A stretch of 64,000 bases of DNA from Myxococcota bacterium (GTDB taxonomy: Bacteria > Myxococcota_A > Bradymonadia > UBA7976 > UBA1532), in NCBI GenBank assembly GCA_963169045.1, contig CAUJDF010000075.1:98434-162433 (forward strand). The letters run 5' to 3'. Both the position numbers and the translations under genes were made by a program. This document shows, in pieces, positions 17,672 to 27,110 of this stretch. Position 1 is the stretch's first letter, and each line of letters begins with the position of its first letter. The notes beneath the pieces were generated by a model that was given only the letters and a program-made list of their open reading frames with translations, searched no databases and was not told the origin of the DNA.

Positions 17672-17762
17672 CGCGGTCGTGCGCGGGCGTCAGCGAGGCT
17701 TCGGCTTCCCTCGTCCGCTCGCGAAAGTGAAGTCTGGCTTCAGTTTCGTGCAAGAGGTGGAA

Positions 17763-18650
17763 ATGAGCGAAGCGCTCGACGATCTGATCGCACGGCTCGA
17801 CGTCCGCAGCGACGCGTTCAAGGCCGCGTGGGTCGACGCGGCCCTCGAGCGCTTCGACGAGGTGGCGCCGCGCCTCGTCGCGTACCTCGAACAGGCGGTG
17901 GCCGACCCCGTGGGGTTCGACCGCTCGCGCGGCGCGGCGCTCGGGCACCTGTACGCGCTCGCGGTGTTGGCGCACCGGCACGAGGCGCGCGCGCACGACG
18001 TGGTGGCCGACCTGGCGTCGCTGCCGCCGGACGTGCTCGATTCGCTGCTCGGCTGGTTCGTGATGGAGGGGCTCGCGGGCGCGCTGGCGGCGACGAGCGG
18101 CGGGCGCACCGACCGGCTCGTCGCGCTGCTGGCCGACGACGCCGCCGACGAGTACGCGCGCGGCGCGGCCGCCGACGCGCTCGCCTTCCTCGCCCACCGC
18201 GGGGAGGCGGACCGCGCCGCCGTCGTCGAGCGGCTCGCCGGCCACCTGCATTCGGCCTCGTCCCACGTCGCGGCCAGGGCCGTCGTGGCGCTCGTCGACC
18301 TGCACGCCGTGGATCGGCGCGACGCCATCGAGGCCGCGTATGCCGCGGGGACCGTGGAAGAGGCGACGTTCGGCCCGGAGGAGGTCGAGGCGCTGTTCGC
18401 CGAGGGCCCCGAGGCGGCCGCCGCGCGCCTCGAGCACCGGCTGACACGCGAAATGCCGCAGGATCCGCGCGGCGTGCTCGGCGGCATGTACGACCTGCCC
18501 GACCTGCCGCCGCCGCACCGTGATCGCGACGAGGCGCGGCCGGCGGCGCCGCGAACGGCTGCCCCGCCACCGCCGCGGAGGGATCCGGCAAAGGCCAGGG
18601 CGAAGCGGAAATCGGCGAGGGCGGCGCGAAAGAAGCAGCGCAAGCGGTAG
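17763..18650 (+). CDS. Hypothetical protein with a Lys/Arg-rich C-terminal tail
   Basis: ATG at 17763 with a GAGGTGGA RBS. 295 aa, helical and Ala-rich, ending ...AKARAKRKSARAARKKQRKR. Confidence 0.65.
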   Translation: MSEALDDLIARLDVRSDAFKAAWVDAALERFDEVAPRLVAYLEQAVADPVGFDRSRGAALGHLYALAVLAHRHEARAHDVVADLASLPPDVLDSLLGWFVMEGLAGALAATSGGRTDRLVALLADDAADEYARGAAADALAFLAHRGEADRAAVVERLAGHLHSASSHVAARAVVALVDLHAVDRRDAIEAAYAAGTVEEATFGPEEVEALFAEGPEAAAARLEHRLTREMPQDPRGVLGGMYDLPDLPPPHRDRDEARPAAPRTAAPPPPRRDPAKARAKRKSARAARKKQRKR

Positions 18651-18659
18651 CCGGAACGA

Positions 18660-18942
18660 GCGGCATCGGCGCGAGCCGCCGGCGCGTCAGCGCGCGGGAT
18701 CGGTGCGAGCCGCCGGCGCGTCAGCGCGCGGGATCGGCGCGAGCCGCCGGCACGGGGGCGACGAGACGGCCGCGCGTCAGCGCGCCGGCGGCGGCGGGCG
18801 AGCGGGGCGAGCAGCAGCGACGGCCGCGCGTCAGCGCGCGCGGCGTCGGCGGCGGCCGAGCGGGGCGAGCAGCAGCGACGGCCGCGCGTCAGCGCGCCGG
18901 CGGCGGCGGCCGAGCGGGGCGAGCAGCAGCGACGGCCGCGCG
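18660..18942. repeat. Array of about five tandem 35-58-nt GC hairpin repeats. Each is a degenerate copy of the last ~54 nt of the amidase gene (its MYXO-CTERM tail) and carries a TGA in the hairpin loop
   Basis: tcagcgcgc recurs at 18686, 18721, 18777, 18831 and 18889, and then at 18943, which is the true stop. Each unit has the stem gccgcgcg / cgcgcggc around tcag. On the minus strand the copies read ARPSLLLAPLGRRRRRA in the +1 frame. Confidence 0.8.
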
Positions 18943-20679
18943 TCAGCGCGCGCGGCGGCGGCGGGCGAGCGGGGCGAGCAGCAGCAGCGCGAGCCACGCG
19001 GGCGCGGCGCCGCCCGTGCGGCAGCCGCCGTCGTGCGCGGCCGCGGACTGGCGCGTCGGCGGGGCGAAGCGGGCGTCCCCCGTCGCGGCGTCGGCGGGCG
19101 CCTCCTCGGCCGCGTCCACGCCCGCGTCCGGGTCGCCGCCGCAGTCGTCGGCGCAGGGCGCGGCCGCGTCCGGGGGCGGCGGCGGCGCGCCGGCGTCGGG
19201 TCGGGGCAGGACGTCCAGCTCGGCATACGCCTGCAACGGCCGTCCGAGCGTGTTCGTCGACGGCGGCGCGTCCCACGCGTCCTGGTCGCCGTACACGCCG
19301 TCGATGTGGCGCACCCATCCGCGCACGTCGGGGTGGTCCGCCTGCCCGACGCTCGGCGGCCCGGCCTCGAGCGTCACCCGCACGCGCTTCGCCTCGCCCG
19401 CCCCGAACGCGTACATCGTCAGGAAGCCCGCCTGCTCCATCGCCGCCTTGGGCGGGTTCTCCGGCGCGCCGTCGGCGTCATTCGTCATCCACGTCGCCCG
19501 GTCGCGGGCGGGGTGGTCCGTCTCGATCACGTAGTCGACGGCCCGGAGCCACGGCTCCTCGATCCAGAAGCCGGCCTGCACGCCGCGGATGGGACCCTCG
19601 GACCGGTTCTCGATGCGGATCTCGGCCTCGAAGCGGTCGCCGGGGAACACGTCGGCGCGACCGTCCCCGTCGCGATCGGTGACGCCGAGCCAGCGCACCG
19701 ATACGTCCACCTCGGTGCGCGGCGGGGGCGGCGGCGCGCCCCCGTTTCCGGCGCGACGCAAGAGCTCGTCGAGCTTGCCGAGCAGGTCGCCGCCGGGGCA
19801 CTCGGTGCCCTGGCCGGGCCACTCCCGGTGGCCCTTGACCACGCTGCGCTCGAGCGGGATGCCATACGTGCGCGACACCCACCCGACGATGGCCGCCGCC
19901 GCGTTCAGCTGCGCCTCACCGACCTGCTGCTGCTGGAAGTTGCCGATGAGGCAGACGCCGACGTTGCCGCTGTTCTGGTTGCCGACGTGGGCGCCCGGCC
20001 GCCGCTCGTCGGAGCGCCCCTGGAACACGAGCCCGCTCTGGCTGACCACGAAGTGGTAGCCGATGTCGCACCAGCCGTTGCTGTCGATGTGGTAGGCCTG
20101 GATCTGTCGCAGGCGCGCCGCCGGATCGCCGCCGTCGTCGGCGGGCTGGGCCGTGTGGTGGATGCTCATGCGGTAGGGCGCCACCACGTCGCCGCAGACG
20201 CGCCCGGGATCGCGCGCGCCCCACTCCGCCCGGGGGATGACGAGGTCGCGCGGCGCCAGCGCCTGGCGCCGCGTGCCGTAGGGCAGCTCGCGCGTCAGCG
20301 GGCCGTCGCCGGCGCGCCGCTCGTCGTAGAGCTCGACGCGCGCCACGTCGAGGCCGGCGCCGCCGCGCAGCGCGACCGACACCGCGCGCCGCGGCAACAC
20401 GACGCGGCCGACGTGCAGCCGGCCCTCGCTCCACGTGATCTCGACCGGCGCCCACTCGCTCTCGCCGCCGTCGGCCCACACGGCGCGCCAGGCGAGCCCC
20501 GCGGGATCCCCGTCGAGCATCAGCCCGACCTGGGCGGCGTCGCCGTCGAGCCGCACGCCGGCGGCCAGCTCGGCGCCGCTGAAGTGCGCGAGGGGGCCGC
20601 CGTGGTCGTGGTCGTCATGGGGGGGGGCGCAGGCGGCGAGGAGGAGGGCCAGGGCGAGGGCGATGCGCATGGGGGTCAT
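18943..20679 (-). CDS. N-acetylmuramoyl-L-alanine amidase (PGRP/amidase_2 domain) lipoprotein with a MYXO-CTERM-type C-terminal sorting tail
   Basis: MRIALALALLLAAC signal and lipobox. The amidase_2 motifs are HHTAQP...YHIDSNGWCDIGYHFVV. The C-terminus reads ...GGCRTGGAAPAWLALLLLAPLARRRRAR* (Cys, hydrophobic stretch, Arg cluster). Confidence 0.85.
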   Translation of the reverse strand: MTPMRIALALALLLAACAPPHDDHDHGGPLAHFSGAELAAGVRLDGDAAQVGLMLDGDPAGLAWRAVWADGGESEWAPVEITWSEGRLHVGRVVLPRRAVSVALRGGAGLDVARVELYDERRAGDGPLTRELPYGTRRQALAPRDLVIPRAEWGARDPGRVCGDVVAPYRMSIHHTAQPADDGGDPAARLRQIQAYHIDSNGWCDIGYHFVVSQSGLVFQGRSDERRPGAHVGNQNSGNVGVCLIGNFQQQQVGEAQLNAAAAIVGWVSRTYGIPLERSVVKGHREWPGQGTECPGGDLLGKLDELLRRAGNGGAPPPPPRTEVDVSVRWLGVTDRDGDGRADVFPGDRFEAEIRIENRSEGPIRGVQAGFWIEEPWLRAVDYVIETDHPARDRATWMTNDADGAPENPPKAAMEQAGFLTMYAFGAGEAKRVRVTLEAGPPSVGQADHPDVRGWVRHIDGVYGDQDAWDAPPSTNTLGRPLQAYAELDVLPRPDAGAPPPPPDAAAPCADDCGGDPDAGVDAAEEAPADAATGDARFAPPTRQSAAAHDGGCRTGGAAPAWLALLLLAPLARRRRAR

Positions 20680-20710
20680 GACAGCACGCCGCGGCGCGCG
20701 ATGCCAAGGC

Positions 20711-21184
20711 TCAACGCAGCCACGACGACACCGTGAAGAGCGTGGCGCGCTCCGCCGCCGCGGCGCGCGCGAAGAAGGCGCGCAGCGAGACGAACCAGCC
20801 CCAGACGTACTCGAAGTCCTCGTCGGTGAGCGGCTCGCCGTACGCGTCGGGATCGAGGGCGAAGTAGCGGCCGCGCAGGTCGTCCTCGCCGAGCTCGGCG
20901 AGGAAGGCGGCGACGTCGCGCACCTCCGCCGGCGCGAGGTACGTCACGACGTGGTCGCCCCCGTGATACAGGCGGCGCCCGCCGTCGAACGCCCGCGCGC
21001 CCGGGCCGCCGCTCAGGCTGCGCTGGATGGCGTCCCATGCGAGATCGGTCTCCTGGCGCCAGTCGTCCTCGCGGACGGCGAGCTCGTCCAGCGCGATCTC
21101 GAGCACCTCGTCGTCGCTCTCCGCCGTGAGCAGCCGCGTCGCGTCGCTCGCCTCGAGCGCGATGTGGAGACCTCGACCCCCCAT
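20711..21184 (-). CDS. YfbM-like (DUF1877-type) cytoplasmic protein
   Basis: ATG at 21184 with GGGAGG 6 nt upstream. 157-aa acidic protein; the family assignment is tentative. Confidence 0.6.
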   Translation of the reverse strand: MGGRGLHIALEASDATRLLTAESDDEVLEIALDELAVREDDWRQETDLAWDAIQRSLSGGPGARAFDGGRRLYHGGDHVVTYLAPAEVRDVAAFLAELGEDDLRGRYFALDPDAYGEPLTDEDFEYVWGWFVSLRAFFARAAAAERATLFTVSSWLR

Positions 21185-21318
21185 GCGTCGCCTCCCGGTC
21201 ACCGCCCGTCCGGGCGCGATTCTGCGCCCTTCCCGTGCGGGAGGGAACGGCGCCGACGCGGACTCGGGGGATCGATTTCAAATCGGCGGAGGTCGCGAAG
21301 ACGGACTTCTGGGCGCGG

Positions 21319-23190
21319 TCAGCGCGGCGACACGACCGTCTCGGGCAGCGTCGCGCCGCCGGACGCCGAGACGGTGTGGACGAGGCCGCCGTGCTCGAGG
21401 TCGTACTCGACCTTCCACGAGAGCCGGACGTCGCCGATCGTGGCGGTGAGGGCGTCGTTCCAGTTGTGGTGGGTGTTCGTGTAGTCGAACGCGTCCCAGG
21501 CATCCGCCAGGTACGTGCGCCCGCCGAACGTCAGCGCGAACGACACCGGCGCGTAGATGGCGCTCTGACCGACGCCCTGCGCGCCCCAGCGCCGGACGAG
21601 CGTCATCGAGACGCCGCCGTCGGCGCTGCGCGCCTCGAGCACGTCGTCCGGGAAGTGGCGCGGCGCGTCGTCGATCGGCTCGGCGAGCGCATCCGTCACC
21701 ACCTCGCCGCCGGCGTCGAACACCCGCACGAAGTACCAGCGCTCGCCGGCGCGGCGCGTGACCGTGACGCGGTGTCCGCCCACCGTCGCCTCGTACCCCG
21801 CGCGCCCCTCGATCGTGACCGGGCGGATGGCCTCGCCCTCGAAGACGGTGCCCACCGCCGCCGGCTCGACGGCGAGCTCGAGCGGGACGAGGCCGACGAG
21901 GATGAAGCCGGGGGCGGCGTCGCTCGCGCAGGTGAGCAGGCGCGCCGAGCCCTGCCACCAGCCCAGCGTGGTCACCGCCGCGCCCTCGCAGCTGCCCTCG
22001 ATGCGGCGCAGCAGCGCGCTGCGGTCCACCCGCGTCCAGGGGCCCACCTCGGCGAGCTCGAGCGTGCGCTGCGCGTCGGTCTCCATGTGCTGCAGGACGA
22101 CCCGGGCGCGCGACGTCGCGTCGACGGGGTTCAGGTCGACGAGCTCCACTGAGCGCACCACCTCGCCGGCGAAGCGGTCGATCTGCGGGCGCGCCCCGAA
22201 GTACAGCGCGTGGTGGACGAGGTCGCGCGTGAAATCGAGGTGCGTGTCCTCGTTCCAGTTGTGGTGCTCGGCGGCGTAGGTGAACGAGAAGGGGCCGCGG
22301 GCGGCGAAGGTCTGCGCCGGGACGTCGCTCAGCGCGACGACGTGCTCGTGGATGAACATCGGTTCCGAGCCGGCGCTGAACTCGCCGCTGCTGCCGCGCC
22401 GGAAGCGCCGCACGCTCAGCGTGCGCGGCCCGTCGCGCGCCACGAGCACCTCCTCGACGTCCTCGAGGTCGGGCGTGCCGTCGCAGCCGCGCAGCTGTGC
22501 GCCCTGGCCCTGCGGGTCGGCGCCGGCGGGGAACCACGCCCACATCACCTCGCCGTCGCCGGCGTCGAGGTCCGTCGTCTCGCCTTCGGCGCGGAACACC
22601 CCGATCGCCTCGAACAGCGTGCCGGCGGGGCCGAGGTCGTGCTCGATCCAGGCGTTCAGCAGCGTGCTGCCGTTCGGCGTGGCCTGCACCTCGAAGTGCG
22701 TCACCGTCGGCGTGTCGGCGGGCGCGTGCCAGCGCTCGCCGGCGAACGGCCCGTGCTCCGCGACGACGCCCTGCAGCGGGCGCCCGACGTCGCGGCGGCG
22801 CAGCGTGCCGTCGGGCTGGGGCGGCAGCGTGACCCGCACCTTGCGGGCGCGCTCCTCGTCGAGCGAGGCGTATTCGGTGAAGGCATTGCAGAGCTCGAGC
22901 GGGCGGGACCACTTGAAGGCGATGCCCTCGAGCGGCGTGCCGTCGATGGGATCGGGGCCGCCGGCGTCGGGCGGCGGACCGGCGTCGGGAACCGGTCCGC
23001 CGCCGTCGGGATCGGGCCGGGCCGCGTCGGGATCGGGGTCGCCCGCGTCGGGGCCGGGACCGCCGCCGTCCGGCGCCGCCGCGTCCGGCGTCGCGCCGCC
23101 GTCGGGGCGGGGGTCGGCGCCGTCGCCGGCGCCGCCGTCGTCGCACGCCGCGAGGGACACCGCCAACATGAGGGAAAAGAGCTTGCGCAT
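21319..23190 (-). CDS. Secreted lipoprotein with an internally duplicated domain (HHNWN motif twice)
   Basis: MRKLFSLMLAVSLAAC lipobox, an Asp/Pro/Gly-rich linker, then two homologous modules (...FTYAAEHHNWNEDTHLDF... and ...FDYTNTHHNWNDALTATI...). It lies 10 nt downstream of the PPDK_N lipoprotein gene. Confidence 0.75.
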   Translation of the reverse strand: MRKLFSLMLAVSLAACDDGGAGDGADPRPDGGATPDAAAPDGGGPGPDAGDPDPDAARPDPDGGGPVPDAGPPPDAGGPDPIDGTPLEGIAFKWSRPLELCNAFTEYASLDEERARKVRVTLPPQPDGTLRRRDVGRPLQGVVAEHGPFAGERWHAPADTPTVTHFEVQATPNGSTLLNAWIEHDLGPAGTLFEAIGVFRAEGETTDLDAGDGEVMWAWFPAGADPQGQGAQLRGCDGTPDLEDVEEVLVARDGPRTLSVRRFRRGSSGEFSAGSEPMFIHEHVVALSDVPAQTFAARGPFSFTYAAEHHNWNEDTHLDFTRDLVHHALYFGARPQIDRFAGEVVRSVELVDLNPVDATSRARVVLQHMETDAQRTLELAEVGPWTRVDRSALLRRIEGSCEGAAVTTLGWWQGSARLLTCASDAAPGFILVGLVPLELAVEPAAVGTVFEGEAIRPVTIEGRAGYEATVGGHRVTVTRRAGERWYFVRVFDAGGEVVTDALAEPIDDAPRHFPDDVLEARSADGGVSMTLVRRWGAQGVGQSAIYAPVSFALTFGGRTYLADAWDAFDYTNTHHNWNDALTATIGDVRLSWKVEYDLEHGGLVHTVSASGGATLPETVVSPR

Positions 23191-23200
23191 CGCGGAGTTC

Positions 23201-25383
23201 CTAGGGTTCGAGGTTCACGTAGGGGCGGACCTGCTTGAGGGTCACGCGGCCGTCGCGCTCGATCTTGACCTCGAGGTCGAGCCGCAGCGGCCGCACGTTC
23301 GGGTAGACCTCGGCCTCGAAGTGGTCCTGCACGGAGAACAGCAGGGACGCGAGCAGGCCGAGGTCACCCTCGGACCAGATGCCGTCCGGCGCCAGCGACG
23401 AGGCCACGAGCACGCGCGGATCGGCGAGCGCGTCGCCGTCGCGGCGGAACGTCAGCACCTCGGGCACCGCCGTCGGGTCGACGGGCCGGACGACGCTCTC
23501 CTCGCCGGCCTGCGAGACGACGCGGTACAGCGGCAGGCCGGCGTCCGGCGCGAGGTTGGTCACGACGACGGCGCTGGCGCGCTCCTCGACGAACGCCGGG
23601 TTCACCGCGAGCCCCATGAACACCTTGCCGTGGTCGATGCCGTAGAACTCGCGCTCGTCGAAGGCGCGCTCGTTCCAGAGGCTCGCCCAGACCTTGCGGA
23701 CGGCCTTCGCGACGGGCTTCTCGTCGGTCAGGTCGTCCTCGATCTCGTCGATGACGTCCCGCAGCCAGTCGCGCTCGGGGTGGGCGGCGAGCTCGGCGCG
23801 CTTCTCGGCGAGGCGCGTCCGCAGCAGCGCGGCGTCGGCGTCGGCGAGGCAGCGCGACGGGCCGTCCTCGTCGCCGTCGAGGTCGTCGGCGAGGCAGCCG
23901 CTCTTCGAGTCGTACAGCCCCGCGCCGGAGAGCTCGTCGAGGTCCTCGGCGTTGGTGCTGCTTCGGAAGCGCATCTTGCGCGTCGGATCGCCGATGTGGC
24001 CGGCCAGCGTCTCGAGGAACGACGCGGGCAGCGGCGCGTCCTCGATGCGGTCGCGCAGGTCGTCGAGGGCGGCGCGCTTCCAGGCGCGGTCGGTGCGCAG
24101 GCGCGGATCGGCGAGCAGCGTCGCGATGCGGGCCTCGAGGCCGTGCGCGGCGAGGAAGTCCCGCGACGCCGCGAACGGCACGGCGAAGCCCTCCGTCCGG
24201 TGCGCGGACGGCAGCACGTGCCACAGCTCGGCCAGGTTCGCCGCCTTGGCGCCGTAGGCGACGGCGTCGGCGGCGTGCAGATCCGCGAACCGCGCGATGG
24301 CGGTCACCGACAGGTCGGCGCGCGGCTCGCCGACATGCGGGCGGTGCGCGGCCCAGAACGCCTCGGCGTCCTCGAGGCGCGCCGGTTCGAGCGTGACGCG
24401 CGCCTCCTCGACGACGAGGTGCACGAGGGCGCCCTCGAGCGCGCGCACGAGCTCGCTGTCGTAGACGAGCGGCACGGCGGCGTTCGGCACGCCCTTCTCG
24501 CGCAGCCGCAGGTTCACGTGGCTGTGCAGGTTCTGCGGATCGGCGGTGACGAGGCCGGCGACGAGCGAGATGTCGTTGGGCGCCGTCCGCACGACGACCA
24601 CGTCGCGCGGGCCGTAGTCCTCGAGCCGCTGCCCGGCGGGCACGACGTTGAGGTAGCCGTAGCCCTCGCCCGGGCTGTACGCGATCGACGGAAGGCCGCG
24701 CACGAGGTCCTCGGGGAAGAGCGTCGCCACGCCGCGCGCGGCGAGCGTCGCCCGCTGCGCGCGCGCCATCTGCTGCTGCCGCGGATCGGTGGGCACGAAG
24801 ACGAGCAGGTCGCGCGCGAACGGGGCGCAGCCCTTCAGCGTCGCGTCGACCTCGGCGATCTGGTCGACGGTCAGGTCCTCGCCGGGCGCGTTGGCCGAGT
24901 AGAGCGTGTAGGTGACGACGCCGAGGCGGTCGCCGGCGGGGTGGGGGACGGCGGGCCACAGCTGCGCCGCGCCGGCCCACCAGGCGCGGGTCGCCGCCCG
25001 CAGCACGAGCTGCTCGTAGGCGGTGGTCGAGAGGTCGGCGAACTCCGCGAAGCTGCGGAGGAACTGCAGATGCCACTCGAAGCGGCGCATGTCCTGGAAG
25101 TAGCAGGCGTCCGTGAGCGGCGGTCGCGCGGGGCGGCCGGCGACCGGGAGCAGGAACTTCACCTCGCCGCCGGTCGCGGCCTGCAGGTCGGCATAGTCGG
25201 CGGGCGTGGCGAGGGTGGTCCGGTAGCGCGGATCGGCGGGGGACGGGCCGGCGTCCGGATCGGGCGCGGCGTCCGGATCGGGTGACGCGTCGGGCGCGGT
25301 CGCGTCCGGCGGGTCGGACGCGGGCGCGCCGTCGTCGCAGGCGGGGGTCACGAGCAGCAGCAGGAGCGCGGCGCGGCGAAGCA
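23201..25383 (-). CDS. Lipoprotein with a PEP-utilising-enzyme N-terminal (PPDK_N / ATP-grasp-like) domain
   Basis: ATG at 25383 with GGAGG 5 nt upstream. MLRRAALLLLLVTPAC lipobox. PPDK_N motifs GAKAANLAEL and FRSSTNAEDLDELSGAGLYDS are present. Confidence 0.8.
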
Positions 25384-25407
25384 TGGAACCTCCGATGCGT
25401 CGCGGCG

Positions 25408-25425
25408 ATTGCACGGCGGGTGCCA
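25408..25425 (-). promoter_or_regulatory. Weak candidate sigma54 (-24/-12) promoter upstream of the PPDK_N lipoprotein operon
   Basis: On the minus strand I read TGGCAC-CCGCC-GTGCA. The GG and GC spacing is correct, and the element sits ~25 nt before the ATG at 25383. Confidence 0.3.
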
Positions 25426-25576
25426 CGGGCGCGGGGCGCGGTGGGATGGGCGGAAGTCAGGGATTTTCGAGGATCCCCTCGGCGGTCGGTCTCGGATTTT
25501 CGGCGGCGATCTTGGGCGCAACCCACATCCCCCCGGAGCATCCGACGCCTCAGGGGATCCGAAGGGGAGACGTTCC

Positions 25577-27094
25577 ATGCCCGGCACCCAGGCGACCGCC
25601 AGCACCCGCCCGCTCTGGCGGCGCTGTGACGACGAGAATCCCTTCGCGCCGCTGCAGCACGACCTCGACGTCGACGTCGCGATCGTCGGCGCCGGCATCA
25701 CGGGCATCACGCTGGCGGCCCTGCTGAAGCAGGGGGGGCGGCGCGTCGCGGTGATCGAGGCGCGCGACGTGGGCGCGGGTTGCAGCGGGCACTCGACGGG
25801 GCACCTGTCGCCCCTGCTGGACTCCGGGGTCTGCCAGGTCGAGCGGCTGTTCGGCGAAGAGGCCGCGAAGCTGCTCGCGCGCGCGACGATCGAGGCCATC
25901 GACCTCGTCGGCACGCTGGTCGACGTCCACCGCGTCGAGTGCGGCTACCGGCGGATGCCCGGCTACCTGTTCACCGAGGACGAGTCGGGCGTGCGCGAGC
26001 TCGAGCAGGAGATGGAGGCCGGCGTCCGTGCCGGGCTCGACATGGCGCTCGTGCGCGAGACGCCGCTGCCGTTCACGGTGCGGCTGGCGCTGCGGACGCA
26101 GGGCGGCGGGCAGCTCGATCCGCGCGCCTACGTGACCGGCATGGCGCGCAGCCTGGCCGCGCAGGGGGTGGCCATCCACCCTGCGACGCGGGCGCTCGAC
26201 GTCGAGCCCGGCGCGCCCTGCCGCGTCTTCACGGAGCGCGGGACGGTGCGCGCCGCCGACGTCGTCCTCGCGACGCACTCGCCGATCGGCGTGCACCTGG
26301 TGCAGACGGAGCTCTTGCCGTACTCGTCGTATGCCATCGCGGCGAAGCTGCGCGGGGTCGCGCCGCCGGAGGGCCTCTTCTGGGACACGGCCGACCCCTA
26401 CCACTACCTGACGCGCCACGTGTACGACGACGGCGTGTACCTCGTCGCCGGCGGCGCCGATCACAAGACCGGGAGCGTCGAGGAGACGGGCCGCCACTAC
26501 GACGCGCTCGAGGCGTACGTGCGCTCGCGCTTCCCGGTGGCGGCGATCACGCACCGCTGGTCGTTCGACTTCTTCGAGCCCGCCGACCAGCTGCCGTACG
26601 TGGGCCGCACGCCGCTGGCGAACCACGTCTGGTTCGCGACCGGGTTCAGCGGCGACGGCCTCGTGCTCGGCCCGGCCGCGGCGCGCCTCCTCGCCGACCA
26701 GCTGCTCGGCCGCGCCTCGCCGTACGAACGCCTCTTCGACGCGCGCCGCTTCAAGCCCCGCGCGAGCGCGAAGCGGGTCTTCGAGGAGGGGCTCGACGTC
26801 GCGCGGCACTTCATCGGCGACCGCATCGGGAACGGCGGCGGCGCGCCCGAGGACCTGGCGCGCGGCGAAGGGCGCGTCCTCGTCGCGCAGGGCGAGCGCC
26901 TCGCCTGCTACCGCGACGAGGGCGGCACGCTGCACGCGTTCTCGGCCGTCTGCCCCCACATGAAGTGCATCGTGCACTGGAACGGCGCCGAGAAGAGCTG
27001 GGACTGCCCCTGCCATGGCAGCCGCTTCAGCGCCCTCGGCGAGCTCATCGCCGGCCCGGCCCAGCGTCCGCTCACCCGCAAGCCGATCGACTGA
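25577..27094 (+). CDS. FAD-dependent oxidoreductase (DAO-type) fused to a C-terminal Rieske [2Fe-2S] domain
   Basis: ATG at 25577 with a GGGGAG RBS. Rossmann motif VAIVGAGITGITLAALL. C-terminal Rieske motifs are CPHMKC...H and CPCHGSRF. Confidence 0.85.
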   Translation: MPGTQATASTRPLWRRCDDENPFAPLQHDLDVDVAIVGAGITGITLAALLKQGGRRVAVIEARDVGAGCSGHSTGHLSPLLDSGVCQVERLFGEEAAKLLARATIEAIDLVGTLVDVHRVECGYRRMPGYLFTEDESGVRELEQEMEAGVRAGLDMALVRETPLPFTVRLALRTQGGGQLDPRAYVTGMARSLAAQGVAIHPATRALDVEPGAPCRVFTERGTVRAADVVLATHSPIGVHLVQTELLPYSSYAIAAKLRGVAPPEGLFWDTADPYHYLTRHVYDDGVYLVAGGADHKTGSVEETGRHYDALEAYVRSRFPVAAITHRWSFDFFEPADQLPYVGRTPLANHVWFATGFSGDGLVLGPAAARLLADQLLGRASPYERLFDARRFKPRASAKRVFEEGLDVARHFIGDRIGNGGGAPEDLARGEGRVLVAQGERLACYRDEGGTLHAFSAVCPHMKCIVHWNGAEKSWDCPCHGSRFSALGELIAGPAQRPLTRKPID

Positions 27095-27110
27095 CCGCGC
27101 CCTCGCCGGG

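Noticed and set aside
18520-20736. 738-aa + ORF over the repeat array and amidase locus
   Set aside because: Antisense to the amidase gene, which has clear amidase_2 motifs and a lipobox. No features of its own.
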